Source: Candidatus Omnitrophota bacterium (GTDB lineage: Bacteria > Omnitrophota > Gorgyraeia > Aquiviventales > Aquiviventaceae). From it: DNA of 64,000 bases. A model generated the notes under the pieces. The model was not told the DNA's origin and ran no database searches. It saw only the letters and a list, made by a program, of their open reading frames with translations. A program made the translations under genes and the position numbers. Position 1 is the stretch's first letter, and every line of letters starts with the position of its first letter. Location of the stretch: contig JAHFGT010000002.1 in NCBI GenBank assembly GCA_023247275.1, forward strand, positions 25,961 to 89,960. Reading direction: 5' to 3'. This document shows positions 1 to 8,524 of this stretch, piece by piece.

Positions 1-500
1 GCGATCAATCCAGTCAGCCGGGTCGGCGATAATCGGTGGTCTGGCGCTCCGATCAACACGTCACCGCCACTGACCGTGACATGGGCATGGCCTGGCTCGA
101 GCTCCACCCCGAAGATCACCCGTGCTAACGCCACCCGCTCGGCTGGGATCAACGCGGTCAGCGCCTCATAGTTGCCCAGGCCATTCTGAAACCCGCAGAC
201 CAACGTTGATGGTCCGACGAGGGTCGCGACAGCCTCAGCCACTTCAGCCGTTTGGTGGGCCTTCACGCACACAAAAATCCAGTCGAACGGCACAGCGGAC
301 GGTAATTGGTCGTGCTGGGTCGTGAGCGTCACTCCGGTGATTCGATGCTCCCCCCACAACCCACTGATGCGCAGTCCGTCGCGGCGGATGGCGTGCAGAT
401 GCCACTCCCGACCCAAGAACGTCACATCGTGATTGGCGCGTGCCAACAACCCGCCCAAGACACTGCCGATCCCGCCAGCGCCATACACCAGAATCCTCAT
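1..500 (-). CDS. panE: 2-dehydropantoate 2-reductase (ApbA/PanE family), 3' end runs off the window
   Basis: My own minus-strand translation from ATG at 500-498 gives MRILVYGAGGIGSVLGGLLARANHDVTFLGREWHLHAIRRDGLRISG... The Rossmann GxGxxG N-terminus is typical of ketopantoate reductases. It is absent from the ORF track because it has no stop inside the window. Confidence 0.7.
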   Translation of the reverse strand, partial: MRILVYGAGGIGSVLGGLLARANHDVTFLGREWHLHAIRRDGLRISGLWGEHRITGVTLTTQHDQLPSAVPFDWIFVCVKAHQTAEVAEAVATLVGPSTLVCGFQNGLGNYEALTALIPAERVALARVIFGVELEPGHAHVTVSGGDVLIGAPDHRLSPTRLTGLI

Positions 501-522
501 TGGACAAAAATGGAACAAGATA

Positions 523-606
523 TTCGTATACAGGTGCACGGGTGAACAGGTGTACCGGTTGCTCCATGAACCTGTACACCCGTACACCCGTTCACCGGTT
601 CACCAA
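523..606. repeat. Palindromic element built of 8-bp TG(T/A/C)ACNGG units (family 1, copy a)
   Basis: ATTCGTATACAGGTGCACGGGTGAACAGGTGTACCGG ... CCTGTACACCCGTACACCCGTTCACCGGTTCACC. The arms are arrays of the same octamer in opposite orientation. Related copies lie at 13979-14043, 46677-46776 and 53978-54055. Confidence 0.8.
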
Positions 607-617
607 TGCTCGGCAGA

Positions 618-1265
618 TTAGGCAGCTCCTACCAATCTGAGAAAACGCTGCAACGTCGTAGCGGCCAGAAACGGGTTGTGCTGTTTCTCGCGCCCCAAGA
701 GAACGGTGACCTCTGGCGCATAGTGATGCCCAGGACAGAGCACCGTCTGATCATCCAGTTGGCGTAACCGTTGGCTCAGACTCTCGTACAACTGTGTGGG
801 ACTGCCGCCTGGTAAATCACACCGGCCGCAGGAACCGATAAATAAGGTGTCGCCTGAGAGTAATCGATCCCGGACCAACAAACACTGGGAGCCTGGCGTA
901 TGGCCAGGGGTGTGCAGCAGTCGCACCGGCAGCGTGCCAATGGTCACCTCATCGCCACCCCTCAGCGGCTTGCGCGCCGACGAACTGATCTCCACCAGGG
1001 GAGCATCATGCTGATTCACGTAGACTGGGATGTCGACGGCGTGCAACAGCTCAGACAAGCCCATGACATGGTCAAAGTGGTGATGCGTGACAAACGCCTT
1101 GGTCAATCGATAGCCATCCTGCTGCGCGGTCGCCAGAATCGTCGGAACCTCCCACCCTGGGTCGATGACCGCGGCCTCGCGCGTCGCCGGATCACCGATG
1201 AGATAGATGAAGTTCTGCATCGGGCCCAATTCCAGTTGTTTGAAATAGATATCTGATTCGCTCAT
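618..1265 (-). CDS. MBL-fold metallo-hydrolase (glyoxalase II-like)
   Basis: 215-aa ORF with the THHHFDH zinc-binding motif, followed by HTPGHTPGS and CPGH. Confidence 0.85.
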   Translation of the reverse strand: MSESDIYFKQLELGPMQNFIYLIGDPATREAAVIDPGWEVPTILATAQQDGYRLTKAFVTHHHFDHVMGLSELLHAVDIPVYVNQHDAPLVEISSSARKPLRGGDEVTIGTLPVRLLHTPGHTPGSQCLLVRDRLLSGDTLFIGSCGRCDLPGGSPTQLYESLSQRLRQLDDQTVLCPGHHYAPEVTVLLGREKQHNPFLAATTLQRFLRLVGAA

Positions 1266-1287
1266 GGGAGGTACTTTAGCACAACCT

Positions 1288-1368
1288 AGAGCTCAGAAGT
1301 CAGAGGACAGGGGTTGTCCATTTTGTCTGACCTCTGACCTCTGATTTCTGACCTCTGATTTCTGAACG
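1288..1368. repeat. Hairpin element built of 7-bp TCTGAYY units (family 2, copy a)
   Basis: AGAGCTCAGAAGTCAGAGGACAGG ... TCTGACC TCTGACC TCTGATT TCTGACC TCTGATT TCTGAAC GG, in the divergent region between 618-1265(-) and 1384-2574(+). The copy at 28373-28453 shares AGAGCTCAGAAG and the TCTGACCTCTGAACGG end. Confidence 0.8.
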
Positions 1369-1383
1369 GGATACAATGGTGGT

Positions 1384-2574
1384 ATGGCTGTTCCTCAAGT
1401 CCGCGTGTCCGCCGCAGCCGCCAAGCGGATCATCCACCACGACTGTTGGGTGTTCCGAGATGAGCTGCTCACTCGGGAGGTCCTGGCCGGCAATGGAGAA
1501 TCGGTCGAGCTGATCGACCCAACCGGACGGTTCTTGGCCCATGCATTCTACAACGCCCACTCGCACATCGCCGCTCGGGTCATCAGCCGGCAGCGCGATC
1601 AATCGATCGACCGCGCACTCATCGCCCAGCGGATTGAGCACGCGATCGCGCAGCGCCAACCCATCACCGGAACCACCGGCCGCCGGCTCGTGTTTAGCGA
1701 AGCTGACCAGTTGCCTGGGCTGATTGTCGACCAGTACGCGGATGTCGTGGTCCTGCAGAGCCGCACCGCTGGCATCGAGCGCTGGAAGTCCGCCGTCGTC
1801 GATGCGCTGCAAGCGCTGCTGCACCCTGCCGGAATCCTGGAGCGCAGCGACAAGGAGTTTCGAGACGAGGAAGGACTCCCCGTGCTGACGCAAGTGCTGG
1901 CCGGGCATGTCCCGGAACGAATCCTCATCGAAGAGGATGGGTTGCGGTTTCTGGTGGACCTGGTGCATGGACACAAGACCGGGTTCTATCTTGACCAGCG
2001 CGATACCCGCCGACTCGTCCGCCGGGCGGTGCGCCCTGGACACCGGGTCTTAGATGCGTTCGCCTATACTGGGGCGTTTGGAATCGCGGCCGCCGCTTCT
2101 GGCGCACAGGTCGTATGCGTTGAACAGCATGAGCCGCTGATTGCGCTGGCGAAGGAAAACGCCGCGCTTAATGGGGTTGAATCGCGCATGGAGTTCGTCG
2201 CCGGCGATGCGTTCTATTGGCTGGGAGCCAAAACCGACACCCGGGATCGATTTGATTGGGTGTTGCTCGACCCCCCAGCTCTCGCAAAGAGTAAGGCCGA
2301 CGTGGCGAAGGGACGAGAATCGCTGCACCGGGTGACCATGCATGGGCTTGCCCTGCTACCACCTGGCGGAATCGTCGCGCTGAGCGTCTGTACCTATCAT
2401 CTGCTCGGCCTTGCCGAAGAAATCTTGCGGATGGCCGCTGAGCGACGAGGGCTACGACTGCGGATGCGCGGGGTGTCGTTGCAAGCCGGTGATCATCCGT
2501 GGATTCTGCAGATCCCCGCGACCCGGTACCTCATGACATGGTTCGCGCAGCACGACGGACCACCAGCGGCCTAA
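1384..2574 (+). CDS. rlmI: Class I SAM-dependent rRNA methyltransferase, RlmI-like (PUA-like N-terminus plus MTase)
   Basis: 396-aa ORF with SAM-binding VLDAFAYTGAFG and LLDPPA (motif IV). It is the only convincingly coding gene on the + strand. Confidence 0.75.
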   Translation: MAVPQVRVSAAAAKRIIHHDCWVFRDELLTREVLAGNGESVELIDPTGRFLAHAFYNAHSHIAARVISRQRDQSIDRALIAQRIEHAIAQRQPITGTTGRRLVFSEADQLPGLIVDQYADVVVLQSRTAGIERWKSAVVDALQALLHPAGILERSDKEFRDEEGLPVLTQVLAGHVPERILIEEDGLRFLVDLVHGHKTGFYLDQRDTRRLVRRAVRPGHRVLDAFAYTGAFGIAAAASGAQVVCVEQHEPLIALAKENAALNGVESRMEFVAGDAFYWLGAKTDTRDRFDWVLLDPPALAKSKADVAKGRESLHRVTMHGLALLPPGGIVALSVCTYHLLGLAEEILRMAAERRGLRLRMRGVSLQAGDHPWILQIPATRYLMTWFAQHDGPPAA

Positions 2575-3559
2575 TCCACCACGCGAGCCCGCTCAGCAGC
2601 AACGTCACCACGTACGAACACAGCAACCACAACAGCGCAGCCGTCACACCCACCACCGGTTGCGCGACTCCCTGCTGAACCAGCAACATCACCACCGCAT
2701 CCTTGGTGCCGATCCCAGCTACCGACACCGGAATCAAACGCGCGGCGACTCGGCTGAGGGCGGCGATTCGGCACACCAGCAGAAACGGCAACACGATGCC
2801 CATCGAACGCAGGACGCTATGGAGTTGAAGAAACAGCAGACTAAACGCGATCAGAGACAAGATCAGCGGGCCGATCATCTGGGGGGCCGCCAAGTGGCGC
2901 ATCCCAGACCAGAATTCGGTCAAATCCACCTGCCATGGCGAGAGCTTCTGCCACCGCTTGGTCAGCCGACGCAAGGAAAACACCCACAACGCGATTCCAA
3001 TCGAGACCAGGAGGACCGCCGTCAGGCTAAACCCGACCATCTGCTTCACGCCATGGAGAAACGAGACCTGGGCCAACAGCGGCAATCCCCAGATTCCAAA
3101 TCCAATGATGGCGATCCAGCCCAGCATCTTCTTCATGACCACGCTGGATAACGCATATCCGAGCGTGAGGCCGGTATCCATTGTAATGTACCCAGCCGAC
3201 AGATAGCTGCCCACATGCCAGGGAGTGACCAGACCAAGATACATGCTGGCCAGGTACGCGGTCACAGCTTTCCCGTATGGATAGCGCACCCCCTGCATGA
3301 GGATCAACCAGTACCAGACGCTGGCCTCGAGCAGCAGCTGCAACATCGTCAATAACATGCAGAGTCCGAGCCAGCGGACATCGATTCGGGAGAGCTGGAC
3401 CTCTTTAGAGGTGGGCACCGTCAGCGCTAAGAGCACCAGTAGCGCCACGACGCCGACAAATCGCAGCCACCACACCAGTGAACCTCGGATCGGCTTGCGA
3501 TACTGGACCGGCGGACGGGCGAGGACGTGTACTGGAGGAACAGATGATCGTGGAGGCAT
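2531..3559 (-). CDS. Polytopic membrane protein, flippase-like / UPF0104 (LPG-synthase TM-domain family)
   Basis: 342-aa ORF with about 8 hydrophobic helices and a basic N-terminus. The start is uncertain. It converges on the rlmI-like gene and overlaps it by 44 nt. Confidence 0.55.
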   Translation of the reverse strand: MPPRSSVPPVHVLARPPVQYRKPIRGSLVWWLRFVGVVALLVLLALTVPTSKEVQLSRIDVRWLGLCMLLTMLQLLLEASVWYWLILMQGVRYPYGKAVTAYLASMYLGLVTPWHVGSYLSAGYITMDTGLTLGYALSSVVMKKMLGWIAIIGFGIWGLPLLAQVSFLHGVKQMVGFSLTAVLLVSIGIALWVFSLRRLTKRWQKLSPWQVDLTEFWSGMRHLAAPQMIGPLILSLIAFSLLFLQLHSVLRSMGIVLPFLLVCRIAALSRVAARLIPVSVAGIGTKDAVVMLLVQQGVAQPVVGVTAALLWLLCSYVVTLLLSGLAWWIRPLVVRRAARTMS

Positions 3560-3656
3560 GGGGGGAAATTACACGGCGGCTGGTCGTGCACCCAGACTCA
3601 GACCAGGAAGCGCGAACCAAGCCGCCGTGCACAAACTCACTGAACCACAGATACGG

Positions 3657-4205
3657 TTACTGCGTTGTTGCGGGTGTTGATTGCGTCGTCGAGCTAGCCG
3701 CAGGCGTTGTTGATGTTGCCGACGGAGCCGCTGGTGCTGACGACGATGACGGCTGAGACGATGGAGCTGGAGCAGACGACGTCGGCGCTGGTGCAGACGG
3801 CATCATCGGTGCGGCGGCTGGAGCGGCGGTCGAAGAGCTTGACGGTGCCGGAGTCGCGCTGCCGACCTTCACGCTGACCGCATGCCGCTTGGCGGTATTG
3901 ACATCGAAGTTGTATTCGACTTCAACCGGCGTGCCACCGGTCAACTTTGAGGTATCCGCCGGTGCATCGCCCTGCAGGATCTTGGTCTGCTGCCCCAAGT
4001 AGATCGGCGTCTCAAAACCGTACCGGTCCTTGACCTTGAGCAGCGGAGCTGTTGGATCGTTGGAGTCAATCGACACCACCTCTCCCTTGATCAACAAGGT
4101 GGGTAACGCCTTTGGCTCCTCGGCGGACACGGCTGCTGCCGGCAGACTAGCCGCCACGAGCATTCCTACCATCCATGGAGCAATACGAGCCTTCATCCTA
4201 CTCAC
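3657..4205 (-). CDS. Secreted protein with Ser/Pro/Ala/Thr-rich C-terminal tail
   Basis: Signal peptide MSRMKARIAPWMVGMLVAASLPAAAVSA, then a roughly 100-aa globular part, then about 60 aa of low complexity (SSSSTAAPAAAP...TTQSTPATTQ). Confidence 0.6.
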   Translation of the reverse strand: MSRMKARIAPWMVGMLVAASLPAAAVSAEEPKALPTLLIKGEVVSIDSNDPTAPLLKVKDRYGFETPIYLGQQTKILQGDAPADTSKLTGGTPVEVEYNFDVNTAKRHAVSVKVGSATPAPSSSSTAAPAAAPMMPSAPAPTSSAPAPSSQPSSSSAPAAPSATSTTPAASSTTQSTPATTQ

Positions 4206-4260
4206 CTCCTTTTAAGCGCCTAGGCGCATTCTAAGCAGTATAGCAGGCACCACTGGGTTG

Positions 4261-5484
4261 TCAACTGACGCTGAGCCGCCTGAACTGGCGCCCAACCTGC
4301 AGGACCCCCTCGCACTGCGCCGCAGGGACGGATGATCGGCTGACCACCTCGCCGTTCAGCTTCACAGCACCCTGCCGCAGCAGTCGCCGAGCCTCATTGT
4401 TGGTGTTGGCGATCCCGGCGTTGACCAACAGCTCCACCACGTTCACCGAGCTGTCAGCGGCGCGAACCGTGAGCGTTGGCATCTGGTCAGGTGGTTGCCG
4501 TTGGCTGAACTGCCGAATAAATGCTTCACGTGTCTGTTGGCCAACCGCGGGGCTGTGATAGCCCGTGACGATTTCAGTGGCCAGTTCGAGTTTAGCGTCG
4601 CGTGGATTGATCGCTCGCGAGTTCAGCTCCTGTTCAAGCTGCTGCAATCGCGCGGGTGAGACATCGGTCAGCAAGGTGAAATATTTCATGATGAGCGGAT
4701 CTGGGATCGACATCAGCTTGCCGAACATCTCCCCTGGCGGCTCGGTGAGTCCAATGTGGTTGCCCAGCGACTTGGACATTTTCTGGACCCCGTCGGTTCC
4801 TTCGAGCAGCGGCATGGTGATCACGACCTGGGGCGGCTGACCGTAGGCACGCTGCAGGTCACGTCCGACGAGCAGGTTGAACTTCTGATCGGTGCCGCCT
4901 AGCTCAACATCCGCCTTCAGATGGACCGAGTCATACCCTTGCATCAGCGGGTAGAACAGCTCGAGCATGCTGACCTCTTGCCCTGAGCCCAACCGCTTGC
5001 GGAAATCGTCCCGCTCGATCAACCGAGCCACCGTGTATTTCGACAGCAGCTCCAACAGCTTCCCAAATGCAAATGGAGCCAGGCCAGCAGATGGGTCACC
5101 GAGAAACCAGTCACGGTTGTTGACCCGCAGGAAGACGTCCGACTCCGAACGCAGCAGACGCGTGACTTGCTGCTCATAGGTATGGGTGTTGCGCTCGACC
5201 TCCTCAGACGTCATCAACTTGCGCATCTTGGATTGGCCTGACGGATCGCCAACCAACGCGGTCGCATCGCCGATGAGGAAGACCACCCGATGACCGAGGT
5301 CTTGGAACTGGCGCAGCTTGCGCAGGAGAACGGTGTGGCCGAGATGGAGGTCTGGAGCGGTCGGATCAAACCCGGCCTTGATCGCCAGCGGGCGACGCAG
5401 AGCGAGTTTCTCGCGCAAGTCCGCCTCGGTGATGATCTCGGCGGTTCCTCGGCGGATGGTCTCAAGCGCGCTGGCAAGATCCAT
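4261..5484 (-). CDS. tyrS: Tyrosine--tRNA ligase
   Basis: 407-aa ORF with class I HIGH (DLHLGH) and KMSKS motifs and a C-terminal S4-like domain. Confidence 0.95.
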   Translation of the reverse strand: MDLASALETIRRGTAEIITEADLREKLALRRPLAIKAGFDPTAPDLHLGHTVLLRKLRQFQDLGHRVVFLIGDATALVGDPSGQSKMRKLMTSEEVERNTHTYEQQVTRLLRSESDVFLRVNNRDWFLGDPSAGLAPFAFGKLLELLSKYTVARLIERDDFRKRLGSGQEVSMLELFYPLMQGYDSVHLKADVELGGTDQKFNLLVGRDLQRAYGQPPQVVITMPLLEGTDGVQKMSKSLGNHIGLTEPPGEMFGKLMSIPDPLIMKYFTLLTDVSPARLQQLEQELNSRAINPRDAKLELATEIVTGYHSPAVGQQTREAFIRQFSQRQPPDQMPTLTVRAADSSVNVVELLVNAGIANTNNEARRLLRQGAVKLNGEVVSRSSVPAAQCEGVLQVGRQFRRLSVS

Positions 5485-5535
5485 GCGCGTTACGCGTTCG
5501 ACCCGTCCGGGTGGCAGGATACGGGCACAGCGTGG

Positions 5536-7167
5536 TTACGAACCCGCCGGCTGATCCTCGGAAGGCCCGCCTGCCTCTCCGGACTCAGCGCGAGCAGGCA
5601 GGTTCTTGTTGCTCAAGCCGATCTTGCGCTCGATCTCGTCGAGCTTGATGACTTGGGCTTTGACCTTGGTGCCGACTTTGTACCGGTCGTCTAACCGCTC
5701 GTTGGCGTCAAGCTCAAGCTCTGACAGATGCATCAACCCTTCAACATCCTTGGCGATTTCCACGAACAAGCCAAAGCCAGCGACCTTGGTGACGACGCCC
5801 TCGACGACCGAGCCGAGTGAGAATCGCTGGATCAATTCCGGCCACGGATCTGGCATGAGCTGCTTCATGCCCAGCGTGATCCGATGGTTGTCCGGCTCGC
5901 AACTGAGAATGGTGACATCAACCATCTTACCCTTCTTGAGCACCTCAGAGGGATGGTTGATTTTCCGAGTCCAGGAAATATCCGAATTGTGCAACATGCC
6001 TTCGAGCCCATCTTCCAGCTCGATGAAGGCGCCGTAGTCGGTCAGTTGGCGGACTCGGCCAACGACACGGGTGCCGGCTTGATACTTGTCTTTCGCCTGC
6101 TGCCACGGATCCCCGGCCGCCTGGCGCATCCCCAGCGACAGCCGCTGGTTCTTCGCATCAACCGCCAGCACGACCGCCTCGATCTCCTGCCCGACCTGGA
6201 GCAGCTCTGACGGATGGGCGATCCGTTTTGACCACGACAGCTCGGAGATGTGCACCAGCCCTTCAATGCCTGGCTCCACTTCAACGAATGCGCCGTACGG
6301 CACTAAATTGACCACGCGGCCTTTGATCTTGGTGCTCACAGGATACTTCTCTTCTGCGTGTTGCCACGGGCTGGGGAGCAGCTGCTTGAGGCCAAGGGAC
6401 ACCTTGTTCGCTTGGCGATCAACCGACAAGACCACAACGTCAAGCTGCTGTCCGACCTGGAGCACATCAGACGGATGACCAATCCGACCCCACGAGATAT
6501 CGCCGATGTGCAGCAACCCATCGATCCCGCCCAAGTCGATAAACGCGCCGAAGTCGGTGAGGTTCTTGACCGTGCCGCTGCGCCGCTCGCTGACCGTCAG
6601 CGACTCGATCAGATTCTTGCGCAACTGATCTTTTTCGCGCAACAGATAGTCCCGGTGCGAGACGACGATGTTCTTGCGCGCGCGGCTGATCTTCAGGATG
6701 ATGAATTTCAGCGGCTGGGTGATGAGCGTATCAAGGTTGGCATACCCCTTGTACGACGCGAGCGAGGCGGGCATAAACGCTTCGATTCCAATATCAACCA
6801 TCAAGCCGCCTTTGACCTTGCGCACCGGCCGGCCGTCGATGATATCGCCTTCTTTGAAATTATTGACGATCCGGTCCCACCCCTTCTGGCGGTCGGCTTT
6901 GTGCTTCGAGAGGATGACCATGCCCTGTTCATCCTCGATATTTTCAACGAAGACCTCGACCTCGTCGTCGACCTTCAGGTTGGGCACGTCGCTGAACTCG
7001 GAACGGTTGATCGATCCCTCGGACTTGAATCCGATATCGACCACCACGTCTTGCGGCGACACGGCGATGACTCGGCCTTTCACGATCTGCCCTTCTGTGA
7101 TGACGCGCAAGCTCTGCGCGTACAACTCAGAAAGGGTTGTGGAACCTTCTTCAACTTGTGCGGTCAT
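5536..7167 (-). CDS. rpsA: 30S ribosomal protein S1
   Basis: 543-aa ORF made of six repeated S1 domains (repeated G.V..V...GAF(V/I)(D/E)(L/V) patterns). Confidence 0.95.
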   Translation of the reverse strand: MTAQVEEGSTTLSELYAQSLRVITEGQIVKGRVIAVSPQDVVVDIGFKSEGSINRSEFSDVPNLKVDDEVEVFVENIEDEQGMVILSKHKADRQKGWDRIVNNFKEGDIIDGRPVRKVKGGLMVDIGIEAFMPASLASYKGYANLDTLITQPLKFIILKISRARKNIVVSHRDYLLREKDQLRKNLIESLTVSERRSGTVKNLTDFGAFIDLGGIDGLLHIGDISWGRIGHPSDVLQVGQQLDVVVLSVDRQANKVSLGLKQLLPSPWQHAEEKYPVSTKIKGRVVNLVPYGAFVEVEPGIEGLVHISELSWSKRIAHPSELLQVGQEIEAVVLAVDAKNQRLSLGMRQAAGDPWQQAKDKYQAGTRVVGRVRQLTDYGAFIELEDGLEGMLHNSDISWTRKINHPSEVLKKGKMVDVTILSCEPDNHRITLGMKQLMPDPWPELIQRFSLGSVVEGVVTKVAGFGLFVEIAKDVEGLMHLSELELDANERLDDRYKVGTKVKAQVIKLDEIERKIGLSNKNLPARAESGEAGGPSEDQPAGS

Positions 7168-7708
7168 GGAGTTGCTCCTCCAGACGGCGCCACTGATGGG
7201 TCACAGCATCGGCAAGCTGTGCCTGGGAGAGGCGTGACGCGCGCCCTTGAATGCGTTGTGCAGAACCTGTAGTATAGGAGATCATCGGTCCGAACGCAAC
7301 CCGAATCTTGGTCGGTTTGGGCCAGCGGGCATTCGGGGGCCAGGCGGCAAAGGTGCCGTGCACATAGACTGGAACCACCGGGACCTGAGCCGAGATCGCC
7401 AGCACGCCAACGCCTCGCTTCGCGGTACCGAGCTGGCCGGTGAGTTGCCGACCACCTTCGGGAAAAATCGCGACGACCTCTCCGCGCCGCAGCCGGGTAA
7501 TCGATTCGCGGATCGCCGGCAGATCGGCCTGCTCGCGCAGCAGCGAAATCGCCTCCACGCGACGCAAATACCATCCTAAGATCGGTTGCTTGAACAAACT
7601 GGCCCGTGCCATGAAATTGATTCGACGCGGGCACGCGGCGCCCAAGAGCGGCGGGTCGAGAAAGCTGACATGGTTACAGGCCAAGATGACGCCCCCGGCC
7701 TTCGGCAC
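7151..7708 (-). CDS. plsC: 1-acyl-sn-glycerol-3-phosphate acyltransferase (start probably further upstream, up to about 7843)
   Basis: The ORF from GTG 7708 carries NHVSFLDP (HX4D) and FPEGG motifs. The expected N-terminal helix YRFSKFVLWLIFHAGFGLEVRG is encoded upstream in the same frame, but no ATG/GTG/TTG precedes it (see findings). Confidence 0.8.
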   Translation of the reverse strand: MPKAGGVILACNHVSFLDPPLLGAACPRRINFMARASLFKQPILGWYLRRVEAISLLREQADLPAIRESITRLRRGEVVAIFPEGGRQLTGQLGTAKRGVGVLAISAQVPVVPVYVHGTFAAWPPNARWPKPTKIRVAFGPMISYTTGSAQRIQGRASRLSQAQLADAVTHQWRRLEEQLHDRTS

Positions 7709-7752
7709 ATGCTGCTGACCACGGACTTCAAGACCGAAGCCGGCGTGGAAAA

Positions 7753-8505
7753 TCAGCCAGAGGACGAACTTCGAGAAGCGATACGTGGCCTGGTTCTCCG
7801 ATAGGGCCTGGCGTGAGTTGCGAAGCCTGACCGATGGCGGAATCGTTGCTGGATATGGTGCAACATGGCTCGAACGACTTGCTGGGCGGTGAAACGGGAT
7901 GTATCAATCACCGTCGCACCGGTTGGCTTCATCAGCGGGCCGACGCGGCGGTGACGATCCAGCCCATCACGGAAATGGAGCTGCTCCTGCACCTGCACGA
8001 TCGGCGGCCGAGTTCCGTACAGCTCGGCCAGCTCGATCTGGCGACGCTTGGCGCGCACACGGGTATCCGCGTCGAGAAAAAACTTGATCGGGGCCTGAGG
8101 AAACACCACCGAACCCGTGTCACGCCCTTCGGCCACTACCCCGTGTCGATTCGCCAGCTCGCGCTGCAGCTGGACCATCGCAGCCCGGATAGCAGGATGC
8201 TGGGAGACTTGGGCAGCCGCCTCTGAGACTTCTTCGGTGCGGATCGCTTTGGTCACATCACGGTCATTGAGGAGGACGACCAGCCCACCGGCTGGTGTTG
8301 GACGAAGCTCGAGCGGCAGCCGACGCGCCAATTCAGCGAGTCGTTTGACATCGGTAATCGGATTGATCCGCTGGCGGAGCGCGGCATAGGCCAACGTTCG
8401 GTACGTGGCGCCGGTGTCCAAATACATCAGCCCCAGCGCCTTCGCGAGCAACTTGGCGACGGTGCTTTTGCCAACACCGGCCGGACCGTCGATCGTGACG
8501 ATCAT
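7753..8505 (-). CDS. cmk: Cytidylate kinase
   Basis: The P-loop start MIVTIDGPAGVGKST lies at 8505, inside ORF 7753-8715. The product is 250 aa. The last 30 or so codons overlap the upstream frame of plsC. Confidence 0.9.
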   Translation of the reverse strand: MIVTIDGPAGVGKSTVAKLLAKALGLMYLDTGATYRTLAYAALRQRINPITDVKRLAELARRLPLELRPTPAGGLVVLLNDRDVTKAIRTEEVSEAAAQVSQHPAIRAAMVQLQRELANRHGVVAEGRDTGSVVFPQAPIKFFLDADTRVRAKRRQIELAELYGTRPPIVQVQEQLHFRDGLDRHRRVGPLMKPTGATVIDTSRFTAQQVVRAMLHHIQQRFRHRSGFATHARPYRRTRPRIASRSSSSG

Positions 8506-8524
8506 CCCGCCGACCCCAGGCGAT

